Source: Elsinoe ampelina (taxonomy: Eukaryota). From it: a DNA stretch of 37,702 nt. Where the stretch lies: positions 697,717-735,418 of the forward strand of contig ML992502.1 in NCBI GenBank assembly GCA_010093995.1, read 5' to 3'. The notes under the pieces are model-generated. The model did no database searches. It was not told the DNA's origin and saw only the letters and a program-made list of their open reading frames with translations. The translations under genes and the position numbers were made by a program. Shown here one piece after another: positions 1 through 11,000 of this stretch (positions are counted from its first letter, which is position 1; each line of letters opens with the position of its first letter).

Positions 1-1673
1 GCATTCTATAAGTAAAGAGTATACCTAGAAGGAACAACCTTACCTATATAAGTCTATACTAACTATAAGAACCTATTATATTAGATAATAACTAAGGTTC
101 TTAATAGATAATAGATTTAATAGTTAGAAACACTTATAAGCTACAACTTTTAGATCTACTATGTTAAGGGATTAGAGAACAGTAGAGTAGACGCTCTTAG
201 CTAACAACTAGATTACTTAAAGAATATAATAATAATAGAGGCCTCTATACTAAAGTAGTAAGACGGCGCTCTAGTCTATAAGTACCTAAAGGTAGAGTAG
301 TTATATAGCCTTACCTAGGAGCTTACGTAAGAATAGAAGAAAGAAGTTATTTAAATATACTATAACGACCTAATAGTAGAGCATAGCAGGATTAATAAGA
401 CTATTAAACTTATTATATAAAACTACCTATAGAAAGGACTCTAAAATAATATTAAGACGTATATTACTATATACGATACATACTACAAGTCTAAGTACTT
501 ATAATATAAGCTATATAGGCTATTATAACTCTTACTACTACTAGACAAACTATAGTAATTAGTCACGATAGACTTTATAGGACCTCTACTACTATTAGAA
601 GAACCTCTTATAGGTATAAAGTATAATAGCATTCTAGTTCTAGTAGATAGGTTTACGAAGTATTACTACTTTATACTATATAAGACAATAGTAACTACCG
701 AGGATATAGCCTTTACCTTTCTCTAAATAATTGTTTTATAACATAGAGTACTACGAGACTTAATAACTAATAGGGATAAGCTATTTACGTTATAATTCTA
801 GTAATTATTTATAGATCTACTAGGAGTTAAACATAAGCTATTAACTTTCTTTTATCTATAAACGGACAAATAAACTAAATAGGCAAATTAAGTACTAGAA
901 TAGTACCTACGCTACTACCTAAACTATAAGTAAGACTTATAAGTAACACTATTACTACTTGTAGAGCTTGCTGTTAATAATAGAAAGTTAGCTAATAAAA
1001 TTTTACTATTTTATATAAACTATAGAATATACCTAGATCTATACTATAATATACTCGGAATTAAGCTAATATCTAAGGATACTAATATACTAGTAGCTAA
1101 TATTAAGAAACTATATACCTAGCTATACTACGATATAGTATTTATATTATAAAGAATAGTAGAGTTTACTAACTAGAAGAGAATTACAAGACTAATTCTA
1201 TAGAAGAGAGAGAAAGTTTACCTCCTTAGTAGAAATATTAAAACGAAACAACTAAGTAAGAAACTTAACTACACTAAACTAGGACCCTTTAAGATCCTAG
1301 AAAAGAAAAATAAAAACGTATACAAACTAGAACTACTAAGATATATAAGGATCTATCTAGTCTTTTATATATTACTACTAGAGAAAGTACTATAGAATAC
1401 TATACCCGGACCTATTAAACTAGATAAAGAAACATAGGAGCTATAGTATAAGATTAAAAGAGTTTTATATTATAAATCTATAAGGGGAAAGCGTTACTAT
1501 CTTATCCACTAGAAAGGATATTAGTATAGTAAAGTAATATAGGAACTAGAGAAACACCTTACCTCGTAAGTAATTCTAGATTACTAGACTAAAAACCTAT
1601 CCTAAGTAAACTAACTAGGTAGGCCCGACACTACTAATACTAAACAAAAACGAGAATGCCTAAGAAAGACTAC

Positions 1674-2222
1674 TTAGCTAATAGAAGTACTCTAATTATT
1701 ACTAAATAAGAAACTCTAATTAGAGTTAGGCATAAATAATCGCTAGTCCTATAGTAGGATAGGATCTACTAATAATAGTATTTCCTCCTACTCTAAGACT
1801 TAAATATAGGTCTCCTCTAGAGAAATTACTTTATCTACCTTATCCTCTAACTTTTATATCTCTTCGCGTAGGTAAAGCTTATTACCTATAGCTCTTTAAT
1901 AAGTCTCTTTTGCCTTTTTATAAGCTTCTTTAGCTTCCCTTCTAGTAGCTTTAGCTATAACTAATTCCTTTCGTAAGTAAATATACTTAGACTAGAGACG
2001 CTACTATTCTAATTTTGTTACCTAAATATTATAACTCGAGTAGTTACTTATAATATACTAGCTATAAATACCTAACTAAATATAGACTTTATAGTCTAGC
2101 CCTTTTAACTTGTAACAAGAGTAAGCTTATAGCATGTTAGTTCTAAATAACTTAATAAACTCCGAGAGGTTCTTTCGTATAGATATACTAGATTTACTAT
2201 GCCTTTAACGACTAGGAGGCAT
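1674..2222 (-). pseudogene. RIP-inactivated antisense accessory ORF of the Gypsy element (~182 codons): Cys6 cluster followed by coiled coil
   Basis: ATG at 2222-2220 and an in-frame TAA at 1676-1674 (549 nt). De-RIPed reading is approximately MPPSR..RKNLSEFIE..MPQACSCCKSKGLDCKVHVRSGVCGQCV..RSSCDI..SEW.RL, then an E/K/A/R-rich helix. Internal stops are TAA/TAG, consistent with RIP. Confidence 0.7.
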
Positions 2223-2296
2223 ATTTAGTATATAGCGTAGAAGGATAAGAAAGGATACTTACTTATTAGAATAACTCGATTAAAAGAGAAGAGTAA

Positions 2297-2757
2297 TATT
2301 ATAAACTAGTAGAATAGCTAGAGTATAGAGACATTAGGACTAATTAAACTACTAAGGTTATTATATGACCTAGCTCGACATTTACTTAATTCTCTATCTT
2401 CTCTAGTAGCTCTACTCTAGAGACTATAGAGCGCGTAGGTTACTAGTGGACGTGTACTCTATATTGCCTCTAACTCTTACTATAGAGCATATAGAGTATA
2501 TAGAGCATATAGTAAAGAATATATATATAGGAATAGTCCTTACCTTATATAAGTACTATAGTTAACCTCGTCTAGATAGCGAATACTAGTATTACTAAGG
2601 CTAGCCTTTATAATACTATCTAATTATACTTTATTATCTATAAGACATACCTTCTCTAACTCTTACCTTAGTGCTATTCTGCTATAGAAGTAGAACTACC
2701 TCGTTCTTAGCTTAGCTTAGACTACTAGCGTAGGCTGTATTTAGACAGTTTATAACA
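2297..2757 (+). repeat. 3' LTR of the Gypsy element (461 bp)
   Basis: Follows the PPT aaaagagaagagtaa. Begins tattataaact (RIP of TG...) and ends agtttataaca; the ends form an 11-bp terminal inverted repeat with one RIP-type mismatch. Confidence 0.85.
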
Positions 2758-2802
2758 TTTAGGTAGTAATTAATTCTTTTTTCTTCCCTATATAAGTTAA
2801 TA
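2758..2802 (+). repeat. Remaining 45-bp 3' end of the Copia 5' LTR
   Basis: Aligns without gaps to 7892-7936; all 8 differences are C>T. Followed directly by the PBS-like sequence. Confidence 0.9.
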
Positions 2803-5451
2803 GTTATAAGCCTAGTATAACTACCTCTATATAAGTAGATTACTTAGTTACTTTCCTACTCTATCTATTAGTTAATCCTCTATTATCTTGCTTTTTAAGT
2901 ATTAGAATCTATTAAGAACTGTCTTAATTATAACTATAGAATTTAGGTATTAATAAAGAGATAAATAACTATAGATACTAACACCTTAATAGCTAGAACA
3001 CCTATTATTCTTGCTATATTAGCTAAATAGGCTAGCTAGCTATATATTATTAAGATAAGAGCTTTAAATACTAAGATATAGAACCTTATTAATCCCTAGA
3101 AGACTATTAAGCTAGAGGGGCTCTCTAAGCCTTAGAGGCTAGAAGTAGTAAATATTAACTTCTTAGCACTCTTCTAGATATATAAGGAGGAATAAGTATA
3201 GTATAACAAATAATATAAGGCCTTAGCTAATTTAGCTAGCCTTATTTAGTTATTAATTGTACTATAAGTTCTTACTGTTATTTAGCTAGAAGAGGATTCT
3301 TATCTATAGGCTATTCTTTAAGCCTTAAAGAACAGATTTACTCTATCTAATATAGCTATATAGCTTAAAGTTAAAGCACTCTAGAGGAAATAACTCTCTA
3401 GTTCTTCCTTATAGAATATAGACTATTAGCTTTAGTAATAGAAAGAGGTTATAGACAAGGCTAGGAACTATAATCTACTAGAAGCTTAAGGCTTAAAGCT
3501 ATAGAGAGACTTCTTACTTTCTATCTTAAAGACTAAACTAGCATTTACTAATAAGTACCTTATTAATCTAGATTTACTAACTCTACTAACTATACTTAAA
3601 CTAATTACTAAGTTTAGATAGTTTTATAAACTCTATAAGCTATATAGCACTATAAAGGCTAGTAAGAGAGCTATAGCCTTCTCTATAGCTACTAAGAATA
3701 TTCTTTATAAGAAACCTAGTCTCTCTAGAGAGCCTAAATATATATACTAAGGCCAGCATAAGTAGATTAAGTACTATTACTTAAATAAGCATCTAAGGCT
3801 AGAAGGATAGACACTAAACTAGTAGACTATAAAGGAGGTTAAATAAAGGCTAAATAATAAAACTCTTAAAGAGAGAATTAAGGCTTCTATTACTAAGGAA
3901 GTATAATATTAAAAGGGGTTAACTCTACTAGTATTAATTAATATAGCTATTACTATTAGATTACACTTAGTATTTATTTTAGCTACTAGTAACATCTCTA
4001 ACTTATAAATACTAGATTCTAGAGTAACTAATTATATCTATAATTATACTATAAAGGACAGATATAAGGTTACTAGAATTATAGAACCTTATAAGAAGCT
4101 ATTCTATAGTAATACCTTACTTAGTATTAAGAGTTAAAGAACTATTAATATTATAGCTCTTTATAAAGGAAAGCCTATAACTATCTATCTTATAAAGGTA
4201 GCCTATATACTATTAATTATAACTAATCTAGTTAGCCTTAGGAGGTTTATTAATAGTAAAGTCTACTAGAATACTTAAACTATAGAGATTAGCTATAAAG
4301 GAATAGTACTCTTCTTAGTTATACTAAAGTATAACTAATATATCTTTAAGAATAACTCTAAAGTTCCTAATATTGCTACTATAGTATTAAGGGATAATAA
4401 TAATTATCTACTATTAGTATTTACTATAGTTACTATAAGGACTAATTAATCTTAGTATAAAGTTATAGGCTATCTAAGCTTAGAGTTTGTTAATTACCTT
4501 CTAACTACTATAGTTAGTAGTAAACTAACTCTAACTAAGCCTAGTTTAGCTTAACTAATTTATCTTAGGTCTCTATATTAGACTTATAAGCTATTAAATA
4601 CTTAGTAGATTATATTAAGGAGCTCTAATACTAAACTTGCTATATTAAAGCTATTTAAAAGAACTACCTTTAATATTATTATTAATAGATTTACTAGCTA
4701 TAATAAAGTAAGATATATAAGCTACTTTACTTATAGGACTACTAACTATTAACTAGTTACTACCTATGCTTATAGATATAAGATTAATAAAATCTATATT
4801 AAGATAATTACTTATATTAAAAGCAATCTTAGCTTTAAAATTAAATTTCTTAGGAGTAACAATAAGAGGGCCTTTAGCCTTAAATTTACTATCTTTCTAG
4901 ATAGTAAAGGAATCTATTATAAGCTATCTACTCCCTATACTTAAGCTTAGAATAGTTATAATAAAAGGATAAGAGCTATACTATTAAGGAGAGTAAGGGC
5001 AATTACTATCTTTACTAATCTACTAAGAGAATTATACTCTAAACTATATAGATTAGTAGCTTATCTAATTAATAGAATACCTCTTAAGAAGCTAGACTAG
5101 AAAACTCCTTTTAAGCTAGTTTATAGATGCTCTTTATTAGTTACTTATCTTAGGCTACTTAGATATAAAGCTTATACTTTAGATAAGCTTATTATAAGTA
5201 GTAACAAGCTTACACTAAGGGCTTACATTAGCTATCTAGTTAGCTATAACTTAACTAACATCTTTAGGATCTTTATACTAGCCTCTAAGAAAGTTATTAG
5301 AACAAGAGATATTAGATTTAATAAAACTTAGTTCTATAAGCTAGAGGAATAACCTTAGCTAAAACTAATTAAATTACTTAATCTACTAAGGCTCTTATAG
5401 GAGATTAATAAATCTAAAGGGGTATATAAAGCAGAGGAAATAACTAAACTA

Positions 5452-5523
5452 AATCTAGTTTAGAATCTAGTTTAGAATCTAGTTTAGAATCTAGTTTAGA
5501 ATCTAGTTTAGAATCTAGTTTAG
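5452..5523 (+). repeat. Tandem repeat, 6 x 12 bp (aatctagtttag), in the Copia integrase-RT linker
   Basis: Six identical consecutive units read directly. Confidence 0.95.
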
Positions 5524-7677
5524 TAGCCGAACTAGATATTATCTTAGACTCTAAGTTAGAGTAATCTAGATTAAGAGCTAAGCCTATCTTAGTAGCTAGA
5601 TAAGAGTTACCCTATTACACTAGATTAGTTACTACCTCTATTAGACTAATTAGAAGAGGCTATTCTAGATCTAAACCTAGCTTAGATCTAGGAATCTTTA
5701 CTAAATAAATAGTTCTTTAATACTCTAGCCTTACTACTATCTATAGTAGTATAGCTATCTCCTCTACTACTAGGAGAAGATAAAGCTAAAGGAGATAAAA
5801 TAGAAGTTTAAAATAAAGAGGTAGTTAAAGCTTAGCCTAAGTAACCCCCTTAAAGAATTACTATAAGGTTAGCTAATCTTCTTCCTAAATATATCCTTAT
5901 AATAAGAAGAATAAGAAAACTAAAAAGGCAAGTATATATTACTACCCTTATATAAACTAATAAGGCTCTTAGATATTACTAAGCCTTTAATACTTATCTA
6001 TTAATAATACTAACTTAGCCTAAGCTAGAATTAAGAGATAATCTTCTACTACTACTAGCTAATATTAAAGAACTTAAGGCTTATCCTTATAAGAAGCAAT
6101 TTTAAGAAGCTATAAAGGTTAAATTACTTACTTTACACTTAAAACATATATAGACTATTATACTAGTAGCTTAAGCTACTAGTAAGCCTATCTCTTTAAT
6201 ATAGGTATTTACTTATAAAGTTAATAATAAAGGAGAGGTTATAAAGTATAAAGTAAAAGTCTATATAAAGAATAATCTCTAATTAATAGAATCTAAGACT
6301 TATATAGTAACTCTAGCAGCTAAGATCTTTAGAATACTTATAGTATTACTTACTTATAAAGATATAGAGGCAATCTAGATAGATATTATTAATGCCTATA
6401 TTAATAGTCCTATTAATAAGACTACCTACTATACTATCCCTACTAGATTTAAGCTAGTAGTAGAGGATCTTATAAAGGACTATCCTAGTATTGCTCTATT
6501 AAATGTAATTCTCTTGCTTAATAAGGCCTTATATAGTCTTAAATAAGCTCTAGCTCTCTAGTATACTAAATTTACTACTACTCTAAAGAGTATTAGTTTT
6601 ACTTAGGCCCTCGAGGCTCCTTACCTCTAGCTAACTCCTAATATAATAATCTTCTTCTTTATAGATAATATTACTATTATATACCTTAAGAAGTATAAAG
6701 AGAAAGCTAATACTATTATTATAGCTCTCTATACTAAATATAAGATAAAGATGCTTAGAGATCTAAGCTAGTTTCTAGCTATCTAAGTTATAAGGGATAG
6801 ACTAATAAAGAGACTCTAGCTTAGCTAAGCCTAGTATATATAATAGATATATAGTAAGTTTATTATAGAACTAACAAGGCTAGTATTAACACTACTACTA
6901 ATTAAGATACTCTAACCTTATAAAGGCTAAGTATTACTATAAGAGATCTACCTATATTAGTAAAAGGTAAAATCTATTAACTTTATAGTAGTTATTATAA
7001 GGCCTAATATAGCCTTTGCTACTTCTAGATTGTTAGAGTATCTAATAAATCTATTACTAACTTACTAGAGAATAGCAAATAAAGTAATCTAATATCTCTA
7101 TAAAACTAAGAATTTAGCTCTTACCTTTAATAGCTTAATACTACTACTAATCTTTTAAGCTTTATTAGATGCTAGCTTTAGTAGCTACCTAACAAGGAAG
7201 AGCCTTTAAGGCTATCTCTTTAAGATATTTTAAGGATTAATTAACTAGAAAGCTATAAAGTAACTAATAGTTATAATATTAACTATAGAGGCTAAGCTAC
7301 TTACTCTTATAGAGACTACTAAGTAAGCTATATAGTAGAGAAGGCTAATAGCCTCTATCTATCCCCTTAAATATGTTAGTATTTAGTATAACAATTAGTA
7401 AACTATTAGTCTTATTACTACTTTAATTAAGAAGCTAAATATATATCTTTACTATATTAATATTTATTATTATTAGCTAAAACAAGAGATTAATTAAGCT
7501 AGAGATCTATCTAGTCCTATCTTAGTTATATAGACACTATTAGTAGATACACTAGCTAATAGATTTACTAAATTATTACTACCTAGGAGGTATAAGGCCT
7601 TCTTATAATAGCTATCCCTCGAGTTAGTAGTCTACTAACTAGCTATTATAGAGTTATAGCTACTTAGTAAAGGAGTA

Positions 7678-7936
7678 TATTAACCAAGGCATAAGCTAGA
7701 GCGCTAAGAAGATCCTAATTTAGTTTATCCTAAGGTTAAACTAAACACTATCTTATTATTTTACTAATCTATAATTAAATTAGATAATTATTGTCTTAAT
7801 CTGCTACTATTAAGGAGTTCTTTTGATTTAGCTATCTTTTAGTACACTAGGTTAAGTATTTATGTAGTTACAATCTACCTTATTTTAGTAGTTTAGGCAG
7901 TAATTAATCCTTTTTCCTCCCCTACACAAGTCAACA
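7678..7936 (+). repeat. 3' LTR of the left Copia element (259 bp)
   Basis: Follows the purine-rich agtaaaggagta. Starts tattaac (RIP of tgttgac) and ends gtcaaca, its inverted complement. The terminal 45 bp match 2758-2802. Confidence 0.85.
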
Positions 7937-8000
7937 CTGTCCAGACCGCTCATATCGTACACTATCTCCGTCGCGAAGACCTTTCATCTCATCCGTCCGC

Positions 8001-11000
8001 TCATGCAGTCAAATCCATAAGCTCACCTTCGGCTGCTTTCGCTGCCTCCAATTCCGCCTGTAGTCGTGCCACTTCCGCCTTCAGATTACGCTCCGATTTC
8101 GTCAGAGCGACCAGGCGCCTTGCTGTGACGTCTACTCCATCCCTCTCGACCCGTCCCTTCTCCGCCTGCAAAAGTGCAGCCTCAATTTCATGCTGAACCT
8201 GGTCGTCGAGCCCAGGTTGGTCACCCAGCTGAGTATTTACTACCAGATCCTGGTTCACTGACTGAGCTTCGCCTTCTGTCTCGATATCTTTCCAACCGGG
8301 AAGCTCGCTGTTGAAGATGAGGCTCCATATCATGCGAAAGTATTTGTAGCGAAGCTTGTAGCCAAAGCTGGGGATCTCAGATTCTGGTAGGAGTCGCACT
8401 TTCTCCTGTCGAAGCAGATGCTCGGCAGCTTGTGCGGCATAGACACCGCAATCGACGCTTCCAAACGGCTGCTGGTTCTGCGGCATCACTTCGGGTTGCG
8501 ACCAGATACGATGAGGAAAACCACTTGTCGGTGTTGGCCGGTGAATCCAAGGAAGGTCGCCTGTGACTGCGTTAGTACTTGGGATTAGGAAGATGAGGGT
8601 GACGACCTACCAGAATCTAAGACGTGCTCCACAAACCTGACAACATCATCCAACAGCTTTTGGAAACGTTTTGATTCCCTCTTTTCATTCGGTCCAGGTA
8701 GCTCCATGGAATCCCAAATCTGAATGAAGCCTTGGTTAGCATCGGAGAAATCGATCAAGACAGCCATGAAGTGCGTTCCGCTACCAAGCACGGTGACGAC
8801 TTTCTTGATTGGTCGCTCGAAAGAGTCATGACCTTGATTGCGGATTTCATCCAAGACTAGATCATTGTCGGGTATGTGATTGTCTCGTGGGTCGCGAGGA
8901 TCATCATTGACTCGTTGCCTCTCCAAGATCCAGCTACTGATCGTCCTCGAATTGATCCAGACGGGTTCGATCTCTCCACGATTTCTACTGACCATAGTCA
9001 TGACGAGGTCAATCATGTTCTCTGCAAGCCAAGCATCGGGACGCGGGTCTAGATCTGAATTTCCATCTCTGACAAGCGTGACGATGTCGCTGCATAGCGC
9101 TACAGTCCCGTGACTTTCGTCTATGTGATTGTAGGTCATCGGTTCACTATCCTTTCTAGCGAGCAAGGCGGCACGGTTGAGGATTTCCAACATAGGGCGG
9201 ACAATATATCGACGGTCTGAATCTGCGTCTTTGTCCTGAAACTCGCGGTATGTGTCGGCGAACTCCTCTGTGCGGCCATCCAGATTGAGATACTGGACAA
9301 CAGGTGGATCTGGAATGTCGGGATAGGTTGACACGGCCTTGGTCGTTTGTGGACCGGACTCTTCAGTATTCTTGTGAAGCTCGTTTTCGGTTTGGGTGGT
9401 CCCCTTGATACCATTTTGATCCTGGTTCTCGGTCCCGGCACCCTCATTAGGCACGAAAAGGCTGTCGTACTCATCATCATCATCCAGCTGATCGGGCCCC
9501 TCCACAACTTGTGTGTCATCGTTGTCTCGTGCAATGTCTTCGTCGAGATCTTCCATATCGTCCACATCAAGCGCGCCCTCCTCAACAGGAGCTTGAACCT
9601 GGAGAAACTGCTGTCGGTAGAACGAATACGGAAACCAGATACCGGCAAAGGTCTGCGGGAAAGAGATGACTGGGTAGTCCTGCTGCAGGCGATCATACCA
9701 TTCCGTTTCGTGGGCGACGCTCAGAGCAAGAGTGTCCATTGTGCGCATCGACCTCTGCGCTGTTGGAAACTCCCAAAAGAATGAGTTCGCCGTCCATGAC
9801 ATGAGTTGCACTGTGCGTCGGGAATAGTCGTAATCATCTAGACTTTGTGGCTCGCGTACAGACCATCCAGTGAACATGGCATCCCCAGCAGCTATGGGAA
9901 TGGTTGGTCTGCCACTAGAATCTAGTCGATGGAAAGCTCGACCGACGGAGTAGTTCATCGCATGTCTACAGAAAGCCACCAGGCGCTGACCAAAGTAGGG
10001 ACATTTTCCGCCAGTCTCGAGCCATTGTTTGATGATCTCCAGACAGAATGTCAAAAGCGATTCTTCAGTAAGATGATGTTTGTTGCACACCAGAACCATC
10101 GTATTGAATCGGCTCCACATCTCCTCGTAGAACCAATCCCATCCATCGTTATTTGTTGGTCCTGGCATGTTGCGGAAGAGGTGAGGTGCGCCATCTCTGT
10201 AACGCGGGACTTTGAGGCCAGCCTCATTTTCCATGAGAGTGATCATCGTACCGATCATTTCTTTCTCCTGGTCCGTCCATGGCGCGTAGGGCTGTGCTCC
10301 GGTAGATTTGCTGAGTAGCCACTGTCTGAGCCTTGCCCGTGTGAAATACAACTGCCGTGCACGAACAGGTGTCATCGATGCCGCGTCGAAACGTCCTGTA
10401 CGAGATTGTACCTGATGCGCTTGAATGGTTCGTGTATCGGAGATCTCAAGCAGTAGGCGATTGTATCTGGGTAAACATCGGCCTATCATGTACAAATTGT
10501 CCAGAGCACTGTCGATACGCAGTCTGACATCACTGTTTGAGGTGTATCCAGTATTTGGTGTCGAATTCGCGAGAGTCAAGCGCCTCATGGGTTCGACCAG
10601 AGCCATGATGTGAACCGGCTGTGCGTGCTTCAAGAGATTGAGAGCATAGGGCACGAGTACAGTGTTGATGGGAGCATGGAAGGCCACTACACCCTCCCAC
10701 AGACATAGCGCATAAACCTTCTCGACTGACGGCTGCAACGGATGGAAACCGCGGGCTGATAATGGTTCACCGTGTGGACCTGCATTGATGATGGGCAATG
10801 TGGCGGTGCGATCGCGGCCGTACGCATTTGTGTAGGATTTGGGGCTGATGATCTGTCTCCTCAATTCGTCCCTCAGCTCCAGTTTCGTCCAGGGGGGTTC
10901 GTGAATTAGGGAGTCTCTGGTCCAAGCAGACTGATGTAGCCTCCATAGCTTGATATCCATGGTGATCTGTCTCCACTCGGAGAGTGCGGTTGAGGGCTTG

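Larger units (their letters stand above)
1..2757 (+). mobile_element. RIP-degraded Ty3/Gypsy chromovirus LTR retrotransposon, 3' part (RNase H end, integrase, chromodomain, PPT, 3' LTR); 5' part is outside the window
   Basis: Very TpA-rich. Reversing C>T/G>A changes gives YNFRIHYVKG..NGRADALS (~141-200), GH.G..KT (~375-405), MDFIGPLP (~568), STSFHPQTDGQTER (~841-885), KLGPFKI (GPF motif, ~1275), IHPVFHVSLLE (~1350) and chromodomain YLIHWKGY..TWEPE (~1497-1555). Purine tract at 2282-2296, then the LTR. Confidence 0.93.
2758..7936 (+). mobile_element. RIP-degraded Ty1/Copia LTR retrotransposon; internal region complete, 5' LTR interrupted by the Gypsy insertion
   Basis: PBS-like gttataagcc at 2803-2812. 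De-RIPed motifs occur in Copia order: protease WILDSGA.DH.C (~4005-4045), WH..MGH (~4453), integrase FLRSDNE (~4846) and TPYTQAQNG (~4930), KLAPRAHIGYLVGYDSTNIFRI (~5207-5272), RT WVFTYK..KYKARVCVRGDLQ (~6202-6282), KALYGLKQA (~6523), FFVDDI (~6655), RNase H DASF (~7168), STTEAEL (~7280), ADGFTK (~7555). Confidence 0.93.

Noticed and set aside
8001..8489. 162-aa ORF as a separate gene
   Set aside because: It is exon 2 of the large gene; a canonical intron joins it in frame and completes the protease active site.
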